A stretch of DNA of 64,000 nt from assembly GCA_963667035.1 (NCBI GenBank), contig OY762964.1, positions 1,632,001 to 1,696,000 on the forward strand, given 5' to 3'. Below are positions 46,462-58,519 of the stretch, piece by piece; within the stretch, counting starts at the first letter, position 1, and each line of letters begins with the position of its first letter. Made by a program: the position numbers and the translations under genes. The notes under the pieces are model-generated. The model was given only the letters and a program-made list of their open reading frames with translations, made no database searches and was not told where the DNA came from. Origin of the DNA: Candidatus Cloacimonadales bacterium (lineage in GTDB: Bacteria; Cloacimonadota; Cloacimonadia; Cloacimonadales; JAFGVF01).

Positions 46462-48124
46462 CAGACTGTTGACAAAAACATTCTAATTTACATGGATATA
46501 TTGTTGAAAGTCATTTTTCTTCATTTTAACTGAGTCCAAACTCAAACATGCGAGATTTTGCTCTATTTTCGTGTAAATTGGAGTTGAAAATCATGTAATT
46601 GATGATAAATTTTGCTATTAATTTCCCTAATTTACCTTTGAAAAGGTATTTTACGAGTTTCTTGATATTTTGCACAATAGCTGTTAGATAAGCTTGTTCT
46701 CGAACTCGCTCTATTCCTCGATATTTTGCATATCGGTAGCCATGAAGTTGCTTTGCATTGGCAAAGCTTCTCTCAATGGTTTCTTTTCTCCTCTTGTATA
46801 TCTCTTTCCCACATAATGTTAACCTATTCTTGTGGATTATCTCTTTGCTCTCTTCCCAGACATGACGAGTGATTACCTTTTGAGAAGACTTACTTTCTGT
46901 ACATTTACCTAGCATTGGACAATTCTTGCATTCACTAGGATTCGACTTGTATTCTTTATAGCCATCACGGCTCGTTGTTCTATAATTTAACTCTTTATTA
47001 CATGGACATATGTAAACATCCTTCCGGGAATTATATGTAAATTTTTTCTTTTTAAATAGACCTTTCTTACCTCCCTGTCTTTTGTAGCCAAGGACTCCCA
47101 TAATATTCATATCTACCAGTTGCTTACAAATGTTAATTGTATCATATCCTGAATCAAGCCCTACTGCCTGAACATTAAAACCATAAACCTTTTGTTGGAA
47201 CTGTAACCTGTCAATATAGCAGGTGCTATCATTTACATTGCCGGGAGTAATGTGAACATCGGTTATATAGTTCGTTTTATGGTCGACTGTCCTATGATCT
47301 AAGTAGAAGAAGCCTTGAGGCTTTCTATCACGGGTCATAAAGCCACTATCGGGATCTGTTGTGCTAGACTTGATATTTTTTACTTTAGGTGATGCTCCTC
47401 CTTTAAGATTGTTATCCTTAGGAGGTAAAGGTTTCTTACCATGAGCCTTCCGATCTTCATCAACGCTTGTGTTAAGATCTTCCAAGTAACTCTTGGAGGA
47501 TACCTCAACTTCAATATCCTCGAATTTACCTTTATTAGCATTTGCCTTTAGATGGGTTGAGTCGCTATAAAGTATCTTTCCATCAACTAATCCATGTTTA
47601 ATGCCTAACTTCACTATATCTATAAAAATCTCTTCGAATACGCTGCTATCATTAAATCGCCTTCTACGATTTTGACTGAAGACTGAGTGATGAGGTACTT
47701 TATCAGTTAGTCCAAAGCCTAAGAACCAACGATAAGCCACATTGACCTCTATCTCTTTGACCAATTGTCTTTCCGAGCGAATACCGAATAGATAGCCAAT
47801 AAAAAGCATTTTGAAAAGAGTAATAGGATGAATTGGAGGACGACCGGTAGTAGAACAATACAAATGCGCTGTTCTATCTAAAATGAATGAAAAATCTATT
47901 ACGCTATCGATTTTCCTTAGTATGTGATCTACCGGTACTAAATCATCTATTATTACAAATTCCATTTGGGACTGTGTGTCAGAAACTTTTTTAAGCATAA
48001 CCACCTCTAATTATGATGGTTTAAGTATAAACTAAGGGGGTTTTTGTCAATGATTGATGTTCTTATTTTAAGCTAAAAAAAGACAAAGCTATGAAATCTT
48101 ACTCATAGCTTTGTCAACAGTCTG
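46462..48124 (-). mobile_element. IS1182-family insertion sequence, copy A
   Basis: TIRs CAGACTGTTGACAAA / TTTGTCAACAGTCTG; 25-bp direct repeats 46437-46461 and 48125-48149. Confidence 0.95.
46526..48004 (-). CDS. IS1182-family transposase
   Basis: LVPVDHILRKI, GIRSERQL, AYRWFLG, DSTHLKANAN, TTDPDSG, RKETIERSFA. Confidence 0.95.
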   Translation of the reverse strand: MVMLKKVSDTQSQMEFVIIDDLVPVDHILRKIDSVIDFSFILDRTAHLYCSTTGRPPIHPITLFKMLFIGYLFGIRSERQLVKEIEVNVAYRWFLGFGLTDKVPHHSVFSQNRRRRFNDSSVFEEIFIDIVKLGIKHGLVDGKILYSDSTHLKANANKGKFEDIEVEVSSKSYLEDLNTSVDEDRKAHGKKPLPPKDNNLKGGASPKVKNIKSSTTDPDSGFMTRDRKPQGFFYLDHRTVDHKTNYITDVHITPGNVNDSTCYIDRLQFQQKVYGFNVQAVGLDSGYDTINICKQLVDMNIMGVLGYKRQGGKKGLFKKKKFTYNSRKDVYICPCNKELNYRTTSRDGYKEYKSNPSECKNCPMLGKCTESKSSQKVITRHVWEESKEIIHKNRLTLCGKEIYKRRKETIERSFANAKQLHGYRYAKYRGIERVREQAYLTAIVQNIKKLVKYLFKGKLGKLIAKFIINYMIFNSNLHENRAKSRMFEFGLS

Positions 48125-48529
48125 AGCCCGAAGTGTTTCACTTCGGGCTTTTTTTACTTATGAGACTAAACTAATTAATCAACTTCAGTGAAATCATAGA
48201 TTAGTATAAATATCTTCAACATAGATTTATAATTATTCTATTGTTTAAGTGCGAAAACAATGCTTCATTAAAAGACAAAATCATGAAAAATGCTATGTAT
48301 ACAACATCCTACTGATTATAAAGTCAATACTCAGAAAATGAGAAAATCGTTTTGCAAAAAAGGAGCCAATTAATGCAAAACGTGTAGTTAACAAATTATT
48401 TTCTATTTTATAAATCAGCTTATAATAAGCATCTAAGTGCTTTAACTGACATTAGCATAATCTTTATGTTGATAAAAAAACTGCGTTTGAAAAGTTGGCG
48501 TCCTAAGATAATTAAGATAAGGAGAAAGC

Positions 48530-50602
48530 ATGAGTGAACTTAAGCATATCAGGAATATTGGTATTAGTGCACATATCGATTCCGGTAAGACTACTCTGAC
48601 AGAAAGAATCCTGTTTTATACAGGAAGGATACATAAAATTCATGAAGTACGCGGTAAAGACGGAGTGGGTGCAACAATGGACTCAATGGAGCTGGAGAAA
48701 GAGAGAGGTATTACCATTTCTTCTGCAGCTACAAATGTTAATTGGAAGAAGCATGAAATCAATATCATAGACACTCCCGGACATGTTGACTTCACAATTG
48801 AAGTTGAGAATGCCTTGCGTGTGCTTGATGGTGCGGTTCTTGTTCTTTGCTCAGTTGGCGGAGTCCAATCCCAAACAATAACAGTTGAAAGGCAAATGAA
48901 CAGGTATAAGATTCCTCATCTGTGTTTTATCAATAAAATGGATAGAACAGGTGCAGATCCTTATAAAGTTATGAGTCAATTGCATGACAAACTTGGTAAG
49001 AATGCTGTTTTTACTAATCTTCCAATCGGAACCGGTGAAAACTTTGAAGGTATCATTGATCTTGTGAGAATGCAGGCTATCTATTACCAAGGAGCAAGTA
49101 ACGAAGAAATCGTTATAAAAGAGATTCCCGAAGAGATGATGGATGAAGCCCAGAAGTATCAAGAAATACTTATGGAAACAGCTTCAATGTTCTGCAATAC
49201 GCTCATGGAATCATATCTTGAGGGTAATGTTGATGTAGAAGTTCTTAAAGATGCTATTAGAAAGGCAACTATTGCAAGACAAATGGTTCCCGTATTAGTT
49301 GGATCAGCCTTCAAGAATATCGGCTCAAGAGTTCTTTTAGACTCGGTTATTGATTATCTTCCTTCTCCAAGCGATGTAACAAATACTGCTTATGATGTTG
49401 AACATCATGATCGTGAGATTGAGATTAAGAGTACAAGACAAGGCGATGTTGTTGCCATGGCTTTCAAACTTGAGAACCAACAGTATGGTCAGTTAACATA
49501 TCTCAGAGTATACCAGGGAACAATTAAGAAGGGAATGGATTTAATCAATCTTGCTTCTAGAAAACGCATCAAAGTCGGACGTCTAGTTAAGATGCACGCG
49601 AGTAATATGGAAGATGTAGAAGTCGCTGCAGCGGGAGATATTGCCGGTTTCTTCGGTATTGATTGCTCACTTGGTGACACATTTGTTACCGGCGATGCCC
49701 ATTTCTCTATGAAGCATCTTTATATCCCTGAACCAATTATCTCACTTGCAATTGTCCCAAAGGATAAGAGAGCTCAAGATAACATGGCAAAAGCTTTAAA
49801 TAGATTCAGTAAAGAAGATCCTACTTTCAAGTCATATTATGATGAAGAATCTAATGAGACTATCATTTCCGGTATGGGTGAACTTCATCTGGATGTTTAT
49901 ATAGAAAGAATGAAGAGAGAGTACAAGTGCGAGCTTGATATCGGTCGTCCACAAGTTGCCTATAGAGAGTCAATCAGCCAAGAAGTTAAATTCGACTACA
50001 CTCATAAGAAACAATCCGGTGGACGCGGACAATATGCTAGAGTTGCCGGTACATTCAGACCATTGGATGATGAAGACAGCAAATTCACAGATAGCATAGT
50101 CGGTGGCTCAATACCAGCTACATATATCCCTTCATGTGAAAAAGGCTTTATGTCTTCTCTAACTAAGGGTGGCTTAGCAGGATTCCCTATTGTTCAAGTT
50201 GAAATGGAACTCAGCGACGGTGCTTTCCATGCTGTGGATTCATCTCAGATGACCTTTGAAATAGCTTCAAGAGCTGCTTTCAGAGAGTATTACCATAAAG
50301 CAAAACCTTATCTCATGGAACCTATCATGAAAGTTGAAATTGAGACTCCTAATGAGTTTCGCGGTAATGTTATGGGTAGTGTGAATCAACGTCGTGGTAT
50401 CGTTATTGATACTGATATTGATGAGCAATTCACAAGAGTTATTGCTGATATTCCTTTGGTTGAAATATTCGGATATATTACTCAATTACGTTCTTTGACT
50501 CAAGGTAAAGCCGAACTTGGAGTTCAGTTCCATGCCTACAAACGAGTTCCTAAATCAATAGAAGAAACAGTACTGGAAGAGTTAAGAAAAAATAAGAAAT
50601 AA
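48530..50602 (+). CDS. fusA: Elongation factor G, stand-alone copy
   Basis: [34 protein letters not shown]. Confidence 0.96.
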   Translation: MSELKHIRNIGISAHIDSGKTTLTERILFYTGRIHKIHEVRGKDGVGATMDSMELEKERGITISSAATNVNWKKHEINIIDTPGHVDFTIEVENALRVLDGAVLVLCSVGGVQSQTITVERQMNRYKIPHLCFINKMDRTGADPYKVMSQLHDKLGKNAVFTNLPIGTGENFEGIIDLVRMQAIYYQGASNEEIVIKEIPEEMMDEAQKYQEILMETASMFCNTLMESYLEGNVDVEVLKDAIRKATIARQMVPVLVGSAFKNIGSRVLLDSVIDYLPSPSDVTNTAYDVEHHDREIEIKSTRQGDVVAMAFKLENQQYGQLTYLRVYQGTIKKGMDLINLASRKRIKVGRLVKMHASNMEDVEVAAAGDIAGFFGIDCSLGDTFVTGDAHFSMKHLYIPEPIISLAIVPKDKRAQDNMAKALNRFSKEDPTFKSYYDEESNETIISGMGELHLDVYIERMKREYKCELDIGRPQVAYRESISQEVKFDYTHKKQSGGRGQYARVAGTFRPLDDEDSKFTDSIVGGSIPATYIPSCEKGFMSSLTKGGLAGFPIVQVEMELSDGAFHAVDSSQMTFEIASRAAFREYYHKAKPYLMEPIMKVEIETPNEFRGNVMGSVNQRRGIVIDTDIDEQFTRVIADIPLVEIFGYITQLRSLTQGKAELGVQFHAYKRVPKSIEETVLEELRKNKK

Positions 50603-50666
50603 CGTACATACAAAATAAAACTCAGAAATGGATGAGTGGAAAGAGTTATAGCTGGCTATAACTCTT

Positions 50667-52328
50667 CAGACTGTTGACAAAGCTATGAGTAAGATTTCAT
50701 AGCTTTGTCTTTTTTTAGCTTAAAATAAGAACATCAATCATTGACAAAAACCCCCTTAGTTTATACTTAAACCATCATAATTAGAGGTGGTTATGCTTAA
50801 AAAAGTTTCTGACACACAGTCCCAAATGGAATTTGTAATAATAGATGATCTTGTCCCGGAAGATCATATTCTACGCAAGATTGACAGGGTAATAGATTTT
50901 AGTTTTATTATGGACCGAACTGCTCATTTGTATTGCCCCGACAACGGTCGTCCCCCAGTGCATCCCATAACTTTCTTCAAAATGCTTTTTATTGGTTATC
51001 TATTTGGTATCCGTTCTGAGCGACAACTAATCAGAGAGATTCAGGTCAATGTAGCATATCGCTGGTTCTTAGGGTATGGGCTTACTGATAAAATACCGAG
51101 TCATTCTCTCTTCAGCCAGAATCGTCGCAGACGCTTTACTGATAGCACTGTTTTTGAAGAGATTTTCATTGATATTGTAAAACTTGGTATCGAGAATGGT
51201 TTGGTAGATGGCAAGGTTCTTTATAGCGATTCAACTCATCTGAAAGCTAATGCTAATAAAGGCAAATATGAATCAATTAAAGTAGAGACCACACCTCAGA
51301 GTTATCTTGAAGATCTAAATAAAACAGTGGATGAAAACCGAAAAGCTCACGGTAAGAAGCCACTCCCACCTAAAGACAATGACTTTAAAGGCGGTTCGTC
51401 ACCCAAAGTTAAAGAGATTAAGTCTAGTAAAACAGATCCTGACAGTGGTTTCATGACGCGAGACAAGAAACCACAAGGTTTCTTCTATCTTGATCATAGA
51501 ACCGTAGATCCTAAAGTAAACTTCATAACAGATGTTCATATTACCGCCGGCAATGTGAATGACAGTTCTTGCTATATTGATAGGCTAAAAGTGCAGCAAG
51601 AGCGTTTTGGTTTTGATGTCCTGGCAGTAGGTCTTGATGCCGGGTATGATACAGCTAATATATGCAAAGAATTAGTAGATATGGGAATCATGGGAGTAAT
51701 AGGTTATCGTCGACTTGGAGGTAAAAAAGGTCTTTTCAAGAAGCGTGATTTTAAGTTCATTTCAGATAGAGACATATACATCTGTCCAGAAGGGAAAGAG
51801 CTTAAATATCGAACAACAAACCGTAACGGTTATGATGAATATGCATCCGAGAGTAGCTATTGTAAAAACTGTCCAATGCTTAACAAATGCACCGAGAGCA
51901 AGAACCATCAAAAAGTTATCATGCGTCATGTATGGGAAGACAGTAGAGAGATTATCCATAAAAACAGGTTAACCTTTTGTGGCAAAGAGATATACAAAAA
52001 ACGAAAAGAAACCATTGAGAGAAGCTTTGCAAATGCAAAGCAACTTCATGGTTATCGGTATGCGAAATATCGAGGTATAGAACGAGTTCGAGAACAAGCA
52101 TATATGACATCAGTAGTTCAAAACATAAAGAAACTGGTTAAATACCTTTTCAATGGCATATCAGGGAAAGTGGCATCAATGTTATTAGCTTTTTATGTTA
52201 ATATATGCTCTGGTTTAGACGAATATAGAGCTAAATCTCATTATCCTGATATTGTACTCAACTAATCAGAAATAAACTTACAATGTAAAAACCCAGTCAT
52301 TTTCATAACTGGGTTTGTAAACGGTCTG
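50667..52328 (+). mobile_element. IS1182-family insertion sequence, copy B
   Basis: TIRs CAGACTGTTGACAAA / TTTGTAAACGGTCTG; 26-bp direct repeats 50641-50666 and 52329-52354. Confidence 0.95.
50787..52265 (+). CDS. IS1182-family transposase
   Basis: Same motifs and length (492 aa) as copy A but clearly diverged. Confidence 0.95.
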   Translation: MVMLKKVSDTQSQMEFVIIDDLVPEDHILRKIDRVIDFSFIMDRTAHLYCPDNGRPPVHPITFFKMLFIGYLFGIRSERQLIREIQVNVAYRWFLGYGLTDKIPSHSLFSQNRRRRFTDSTVFEEIFIDIVKLGIENGLVDGKVLYSDSTHLKANANKGKYESIKVETTPQSYLEDLNKTVDENRKAHGKKPLPPKDNDFKGGSSPKVKEIKSSKTDPDSGFMTRDKKPQGFFYLDHRTVDPKVNFITDVHITAGNVNDSSCYIDRLKVQQERFGFDVLAVGLDAGYDTANICKELVDMGIMGVIGYRRLGGKKGLFKKRDFKFISDRDIYICPEGKELKYRTTNRNGYDEYASESSYCKNCPMLNKCTESKNHQKVIMRHVWEDSREIIHKNRLTFCGKEIYKKRKETIERSFANAKQLHGYRYAKYRGIERVREQAYMTSVVQNIKKLVKYLFNGISGKVASMLLAFYVNICSGLDEYRAKSHYPDIVLN

Positions 52329-52735
52329 AAGAGTTATAGCTGGCTATAACTCTTTTTTTGTATCGCTTCCTAAAGCATTTTATCGTAAACATCCAAAATT
52401 GTGTTGCAGAGCTACCCTTTTAAGTTTCCGCCCTAAAAGTTTACATGATGTGGCAAGCAAAGACAAAATTTAATTATTCAATTAGCTAAGCATAGATTAG
52501 CACAATTGGTATAGTCGAAGTTTAAATGTGATGTATTAAAATTATCTAAATACTAACATAAATCGAAAGAAAATTTATACAATCACTAGTAATTACTTGA
52601 AGTAAAAAAACCTATAATCCATGAACTAAAGCTTGACAACAAAATAAATATTACCCCAAATTTGATGATAAGTTTATTAGTTGGTAAAGAAATTTGGAAT
52701 ATCAAAGATATAGAGGTATCTAAAACAAGGAAATT

Positions 52736-54748
52736 ATGAAAGAAATTAAGCTTTCCATGCGTATGATTCTTTTAATTGCAATGCTCTCTCAAGTCCTGAT
52801 AGTTGCACTTGTAGTCTCATATCTCTCGTTCAAATCATGTACAGGCTCAATTAAGACTTTAGTCAATCGTTCTTACATTGAAGCCAACAATAAATTGGAA
52901 GAGAAGATAAATCATTACTTCAATCCACCTATTGAAATTAACATTATTAATGAGAGCCTGATTACTGAGAAAGCAATTGATTTCCATAACCAAGAAGATT
53001 TGATTAATCATTTTAAAAGAATCATTGAAATAAGACCAACAGTGAACAGTGTATATTTCGCGAATATGGATGGGGGTTTAGCTAATGCAGGTAGGGATAA
53101 AAAAACAAACGAGAAATATATAATCTTTACGGAAGAATTCAAGAGTGGACCGTTCAAGAAGTACGGACTTAACAGCGACGGTTCACAAGGTGATTTAGTC
53201 GTTGAGTTACCAAAATTCGATGCTAGAACAAGACCATGGTTTGACCTCGCATTAAACAGTGATGATGTTGTCTGGAGTGAAGTATACATGATGGCAACCG
53301 GAGATGATCTAGGAATCACCGCGAGTAAAGCTATTCATGATACCGAAGGTAATATAATAGGAGTTCTCGGAGTAGACCTTTTCCTAACAGATATTAGTAG
53401 CTATCTGTCTCAATTGGGTATTATCGGATCCAGTTTTATTATGGAAGATTCAGGATATTTGATAGCATCATCCAATAACGCAAACCTGTTCTCAGTGGAT
53501 ACTAATAACAAGGTCAAGACTAGAATATATGCAAAAAATTCCGAATCACAAACAATTAAAATGATGGCTAATGAGCTATGTTCTCGTTATGAAAACCTGA
53601 GTAGTTTGCAGAAGGAGAGTGTGATTGAGTTCAAAGCTAATGGTGAGAGATTTCTAATTCATGTAACACCTTTTAAAGTGACCTCAGAGACAGAATGGTT
53701 GATTGTTTCCGGTGCTTCCGAAAAACTCTTCTTGGCTGAAATTAGGGAGAACAACAAAAAGACCAAGCGGTATATAATCATTGCCTTAGTTATCACTATC
53801 CTGTTTGCCTTGATTATATCTAAATTGCTCTCGGATCCGATTCATGATTTAGATGCGAAAATACATAAAATTTCATCAGGGAAATGGCTCTCAAAACCTA
53901 AGTCTTATTTCATTAAAGAGATTGATGCTCTTTCTAAAGAAACTTTTAAAATGAATGAGGCATTAGAGAAACTCTTTGAATCTCTGAATGATGAAATAGC
54001 TATTAGAAAAGAGACAGAGAAATTACTTAATATTGCTAAAGACAATGCTGAAGAAAGTAATAGATTGAAATCAAGTTTTCTTGCCAATATGAGCCATGAG
54101 CTCAGAACCCCATTATCGGGAGTATTGGGATTTTCCGAGATTCTGGGCGAGACAGAGCTTAATGAGGAGCAATTGGAAATGGTAAATGTGATTAACTTCT
54201 CTGGTAAGAGGCTATTAAGTACTCTTAATATGATACTTGATTTATCAAGAATTGAGGCAAACTCTAAGAAAGTAGATGTTAGTAAATTCTCATTAAAACC
54301 CGTGATTGAACAAGCTGTTATGCTATTCCGACCTGTTGCAGAAAAGAAAAATGTAGTCTTGAAGTTTGTAAATCACTTGATTTATGATGAAATGAATTCG
54401 GATATAAAGCTGATAGAACATATTGTTAACGAACTCATTAATAATGCGATTAAATACACTGATTCAGGGACTATTACAGTTACAAGTAGTAGTGAACAAG
54501 ATGATATGATAAAACTCCAAGTCAAAGACAGCGGAATTGGTATCCCTGAAAATAAATACAAGTTGATATTCGAAGCTTTTAGGCAAGTGAGTGAAGGTTG
54601 GGATAGAAATTATGATGGCTCAGGCTTGGGATTAACTCTCTGTAAGAAATACAGCGAGTTTCTGGGTGGTTCTATTTCTGTAGAAAGTTCATTAGGAAAG
54701 GGAACAACCTTTACCGTGATAATTCCGAGAGAAGTTGTTGAAAATTAG
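52736..54748 (+). CDS. Cache-domain sensor histidine kinase
   Basis: Two TMs, FDARTRPWF, FLANMSHELRTPL, NAIKYT, DSGIGI, GSGLGL. Confidence 0.93.
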   Translation: MKEIKLSMRMILLIAMLSQVLIVALVVSYLSFKSCTGSIKTLVNRSYIEANNKLEEKINHYFNPPIEINIINESLITEKAIDFHNQEDLINHFKRIIEIRPTVNSVYFANMDGGLANAGRDKKTNEKYIIFTEEFKSGPFKKYGLNSDGSQGDLVVELPKFDARTRPWFDLALNSDDVVWSEVYMMATGDDLGITASKAIHDTEGNIIGVLGVDLFLTDISSYLSQLGIIGSSFIMEDSGYLIASSNNANLFSVDTNNKVKTRIYAKNSESQTIKMMANELCSRYENLSSLQKESVIEFKANGERFLIHVTPFKVTSETEWLIVSGASEKLFLAEIRENNKKTKRYIIIALVITILFALIISKLLSDPIHDLDAKIHKISSGKWLSKPKSYFIKEIDALSKETFKMNEALEKLFESLNDEIAIRKETEKLLNIAKDNAEESNRLKSSFLANMSHELRTPLSGVLGFSEILGETELNEEQLEMVNVINFSGKRLLSTLNMILDLSRIEANSKKVDVSKFSLKPVIEQAVMLFRPVAEKKNVVLKFVNHLIYDEMNSDIKLIEHIVNELINNAIKYTDSGTITVTSSSEQDDMIKLQVKDSGIGIPENKYKLIFEAFRQVSEGWDRNYDGSGLGLTLCKKYSEFLGGSISVESSLGKGTTFTVIIPREVVEN

Positions 54749-54903
54749 GACAAAACATAGTGATGAGGAAAGTGTAAAGACTCTTAGGCTCAAATGTTAT
54801 AAAACTTCTTGTCTAACAGTTAATTTAAGAAAAGCATTGACATTGAAGCTATCAAGAAAAATATGTCCAACAAAGTGAAGATTATACTAATAGGAGACAT
54901 AAA

Positions 54904-55113
54904 ATGAAAAAAGGTATTCATCCTAAATATGAGAAAATCACTGTTAAGTGTGCTTGTGGTAATGAGTTTGAAGTAGCTTCCACAAAAACAAATTTAACTG
55001 TTGATATCTGTGATCAGTGCCATCCTTTCTATACAGGAAAGCAGAAGATACTTGATACAGCGGGTCGTGTTGAGAAATTCAATAAGAAATATAACAGAAA
55101 CCTTAAAAATTAG
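54904..55113 (+). CDS. rpmE: 50S ribosomal protein L31 (Zn-binding type)
   Basis: [26 protein letters not shown]. Confidence 0.97.
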   Translation: MKKGIHPKYEKITVKCACGNEFEVASTKTNLTVDICDQCHPFYTGKQKILDTAGRVEKFNKKYNRNLKN

Positions 55114-55129
55114 CTTTTACTTAAATATA

Positions 55130-55165
55130 AGCATCACACTGTTTTCAATGTGATGCTTTTTTTTA
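55130..55165 (+). terminator. Rho-independent terminator after rpmE
   Basis: AGCATCACA...TGTGATGCT + T run. Confidence 0.8.
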
Positions 55166-55219
55166 TTTATAGAGAGAGCAAGAATCAGATTATTCGTATA
55201 GCAAATTAATGGAGAATCC

Positions 55220-56182
55220 ATGAATAAAGATAAAAAAAGTATAGCCGTTGGAGGTCAAGCCGTCATTGAAGGAGTAATGATGCGTGGACCAGACAAGATA
55301 GCTACTGCTATTCGAAGAGCAAGCGGCAAAATAGAGTTAAAGATTCAATCCTTTGTAAGTATTACCCAGAAGATTAAATTCTTGGGATTACCTTTGATTA
55401 GAGGTTTTGTATCGCTTATTGAAATGATGAAAATTGGTGTGGGAACCCTTACTTTCTCAGCTAATAGATGGGAGCTTGATAATCAAGAAGAGAGCAAGAA
55501 ACAGAAATCTGCAGCCGGAGAGAAAGTTGGAGAATTCTTTAGTTATGTAATCTCAATTGGACTTGCATTTCTATTATTTGGAGTTCTTCCATACAAAATA
55601 GCTGATTGGGTAAATCTTTCCAAGCAGAATGTATACTTTAATCTCGTTGCAGGATTAATCAGAATAACATTCTTCGTTATTTATCTACTAATCATAAGTA
55701 AACTCAAAGACATACATAGAGTGTTTCAATATCATGGAGCTGAGCATAAATGTGTTAATGCCTATGAGAAGGATGTCAAATTGAATGTTACTGAGATTCA
55801 AAAGATGACAACCTTGCATCCACGTTGTGGAACAAGCTTTATGTTCTTTGTTCTATTGATAAGCATCCTGATATTCTCCATTATTGATACTTTGGCTGTA
55901 GCTTGGATTTTCCATGCACCTCCTAAAGTACTTGTAAGATTAGGTTATCACCTATTGTTTTTCCCTTTGATTTCAGGAGTCTCGTACGAAATCTTGAAGT
56001 TATCGGGTAAAAATATAAATCATCCTTTAGTCAAAATGATGACAGGTCCGGGAATGGCTTTACAGAGAATAACAACTCAGCCACCTGAAGACTCAATGAT
56101 TGAATGTGCATTAGTTGCGATGAAAGCAACACTTGATATGGATTATAGCGAATTTGAAGTTACAGAAATTGGAGAAGAATAA
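55220..56182 (+). CDS. DUF1385 membrane protein
   Basis: [29 protein letters not shown]. Confidence 0.93.
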   Translation: MNKDKKSIAVGGQAVIEGVMMRGPDKIATAIRRASGKIELKIQSFVSITQKIKFLGLPLIRGFVSLIEMMKIGVGTLTFSANRWELDNQEESKKQKSAAGEKVGEFFSYVISIGLAFLLFGVLPYKIADWVNLSKQNVYFNLVAGLIRITFFVIYLLIISKLKDIHRVFQYHGAEHKCVNAYEKDVKLNVTEIQKMTTLHPRCGTSFMFFVLLISILIFSIIDTLAVAWIFHAPPKVLVRLGYHLLFFPLISGVSYEILKLSGKNINHPLVKMMTGPGMALQRITTQPPEDSMIECALVAMKATLDMDYSEFEVTEIGEE

Positions 56183-57249
56183 TGATTCCTGTGGATAAAT
56201 TAGAGGGTCTTAGAAACGAATATGAAGAGTTAAAAGTTAAGGTGTATGACCCTAAATACATGTCTGATCAACGTAGTTATAGAAAGATATCAAGGAGATT
56301 CAAAGAACTTCAAGAGATACTTGATTGTTACAATGATTGGGAAATCATATCTAACAGTATAAAAGAAAGCAAAGCAATCATAAAGAACGAATCTGATGCA
56401 GAACTGGTTGAACTTGCTGAGATGGAATTAGAAGAGAATCTTGAAATGATTGAAGAGAAAGCAACTCAATTGAAGGATTTGTTAGTACCAAAAGATGAAA
56501 ACGATGAGAAGAACGTTATCATAGAAATAAGAGCCGGAACTGGTGGTGACGAAGCTGCTTTGTTCTCTGCCGACCTGTTTAGAATGTACCAATACTACGC
56601 AGAGAAGAAAGGATGGAAGATTTCTGTTATGAGCTCTAATGCTATCGGTATTGGTGGATATAAAGAGATAATCTTTCAAGTTGCCGGTGATAATGTCTAT
56701 GGTTCTATGCGCTTTGAGAGCGGTGTTCATAGAGTTCAAAGAGTTCCGCAGACAGAAGCAAGCGGTAGAATACATACTTCTGCTGTTTCTGTGGCAGTGC
56801 TCCCTGAAGTTGAAGATATTGATATTGATGTTAAAGAAAATGAACTTAGAATAGATGTTTATCGGGCAAGCGGACACGGAGGGCAGTCGGTGAATACAAC
56901 TGACTCTGCGGTTAGAATAACCCACATAACAACCGGATTGGTTGTTACTTGCCAAGATGAGAAATCACAGCTTAAGAATAAAGACAAGGCTATGAAGGTA
57001 TTACGTGCCAGATTGTTTGATATGGAACTTGCTAAGCAAGAAGCAGAGATTGCATCACAGAGAAGATCACAGGTTGGTACAGGTGATAGAAGTGCCAAAA
57101 TCAGGACTTATAACTTCCCTCAATCCCGTGTTACAGACCATAGAATTAATTTGACATCTTATCAGCTCAACGATATTTTAACCGGAGAAATTGATGAATT
57201 CGTTGAGGCTTTGAAAATAGCATATAGAAACGAGAAAATCGAAAACTAA
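56182..57249 (+). CDS. prfA: Peptide chain release factor 1
   Basis: [19 protein letters not shown] (PxT), [14 protein letters not shown]. Confidence 0.97.
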   Translation: MIPVDKLEGLRNEYEELKVKVYDPKYMSDQRSYRKISRRFKELQEILDCYNDWEIISNSIKESKAIIKNESDAELVELAEMELEENLEMIEEKATQLKDLLVPKDENDEKNVIIEIRAGTGGDEAALFSADLFRMYQYYAEKKGWKISVMSSNAIGIGGYKEIIFQVAGDNVYGSMRFESGVHRVQRVPQTEASGRIHTSAVSVAVLPEVEDIDIDVKENELRIDVYRASGHGGQSVNTTDSAVRITHITTGLVVTCQDEKSQLKNKDKAMKVLRARLFDMELAKQEAEIASQRRSQVGTGDRSAKIRTYNFPQSRVTDHRINLTSYQLNDILTGEIDEFVEALKIAYRNEKIEN

Positions 57250-57268
57250 ATATTTAAATGAGGCTTAA

Positions 57269-58501
57269 ATGGGGCTATTATCAGCCTTGATTATTGTAAT
57301 AATTGCATTGGTTTTATCTTTTTTCTTTGCCGGTTACGAAACCGGTGTTATCTCCGTCGATAGATTAAAACTCGAACAGGATGCAAAGAAAGATAAGAAA
57401 AGCAAAGAATTGCTATCTTTTATAGAGAATCCGGACAAGTTTCTAGGCACGACACTTTTAGGGAATAATATTACTCAAGTTGTTATAGCTTCTGTAACAA
57501 CTTTCCTTCTTAATGATATTAGCGAATTGGCCCATGGGTTTGTATCTCTTGGACTTGGCTTTATTGTTCTTGTGTTTGGTGAGATTGTACCAAAAGCTTT
57601 ATTCAGAGACTATCCCGATAAGCTTGTTCCGATGCTTTTCCCATTAATGAAGTTTTTTGCTAACCTGTTCAGACCATTTGTTTTCTTCGTGTCATTTATC
57701 AATAAGACTTTGGTAAAGATTTTTAAACTACGCTCAAGCTCCTCTTTAGCTTATCTGACAAGAGATGATATTGCCCTTTTCCTAAACTCGACAGAACAAG
57801 ACGATTCTTTTGAAGATCCTCAGAGAGAAATGCTTGAGGATGCTCTTGAATTTGCGAATTTGGAAGCCAAAAATATCATCACCCCGAGAACCGATATTGT
57901 TGCTGTGCCTGAAGACATGCCTGTTGAAGATATAATTGAACTGGCAAGAGAAGAGGGTTATACGCGTTATCCGGTATATAGAGAAAATATTGATAACATT
58001 ATTGGTATCCTCATTGTATATGATATAATCAAATCAAAGAAAAAGAACCTTATAGCTAAAGATATTATTCATGAGCCATATTTTGCACCTGAAACAATGG
58101 ATGCTGATGAGTTGCTTAAAGAGATGCAAAACAAAAAAAAATCTATGGCAATAATTGTTGATTCTTATGGAGGCACTGAAGGCATAGTCACAATAGAAGA
58201 TATTATCGAAGAGATTGTAGGTGATATTGAAGATGAATATGATAGTGATGAAGAAAGAGATGTTGAGAAATTGAGCGAAAACATCTGGTTAGTTAAAGGG
58301 GATGTTGAGGTTGATACTCTGATAGATGAGTATGATATGAATATCCCGGAAGGTGACTATGAGACTGTTGCCGGTTTGATAATAGATAAGATTAAAAGAA
58401 TACCGGTACAAGGTCAATACATAGACTTGGGAGAATTCAGTATACAAGTACTGCAGGTAACAAGAAAGAAAGTAATAAAAGTAAAAATAACCAAAAAATA
58501 G
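57269..58501 (+). CDS. Hemolysin/CNNM (DUF21-CBS-CorC) family protein
   Basis: FGEIVPKA, TPRTDI, YTRYPVY, VDSYGGTEGIVTIEDIIEEIVGDIEDE. Confidence 0.92.
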   Translation: MGLLSALIIVIIALVLSFFFAGYETGVISVDRLKLEQDAKKDKKSKELLSFIENPDKFLGTTLLGNNITQVVIASVTTFLLNDISELAHGFVSLGLGFIVLVFGEIVPKALFRDYPDKLVPMLFPLMKFFANLFRPFVFFVSFINKTLVKIFKLRSSSSLAYLTRDDIALFLNSTEQDDSFEDPQREMLEDALEFANLEAKNIITPRTDIVAVPEDMPVEDIIELAREEGYTRYPVYRENIDNIIGILIVYDIIKSKKKNLIAKDIIHEPYFAPETMDADELLKEMQNKKKSMAIIVDSYGGTEGIVTIEDIIEEIVGDIEDEYDSDEERDVEKLSENIWLVKGDVEVDTLIDEYDMNIPEGDYETVAGLIIDKIKRIPVQGQYIDLGEFSIQVLQVTRKKVIKVKITKK

Positions 58502-58519
58502 AACTCTCTTGGAGGAGAA

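Noticed and set aside
46462..52328. Composite transposon carrying fusA
   Set aside because: Each IS has its own matched target duplication, so these are independent insertions.
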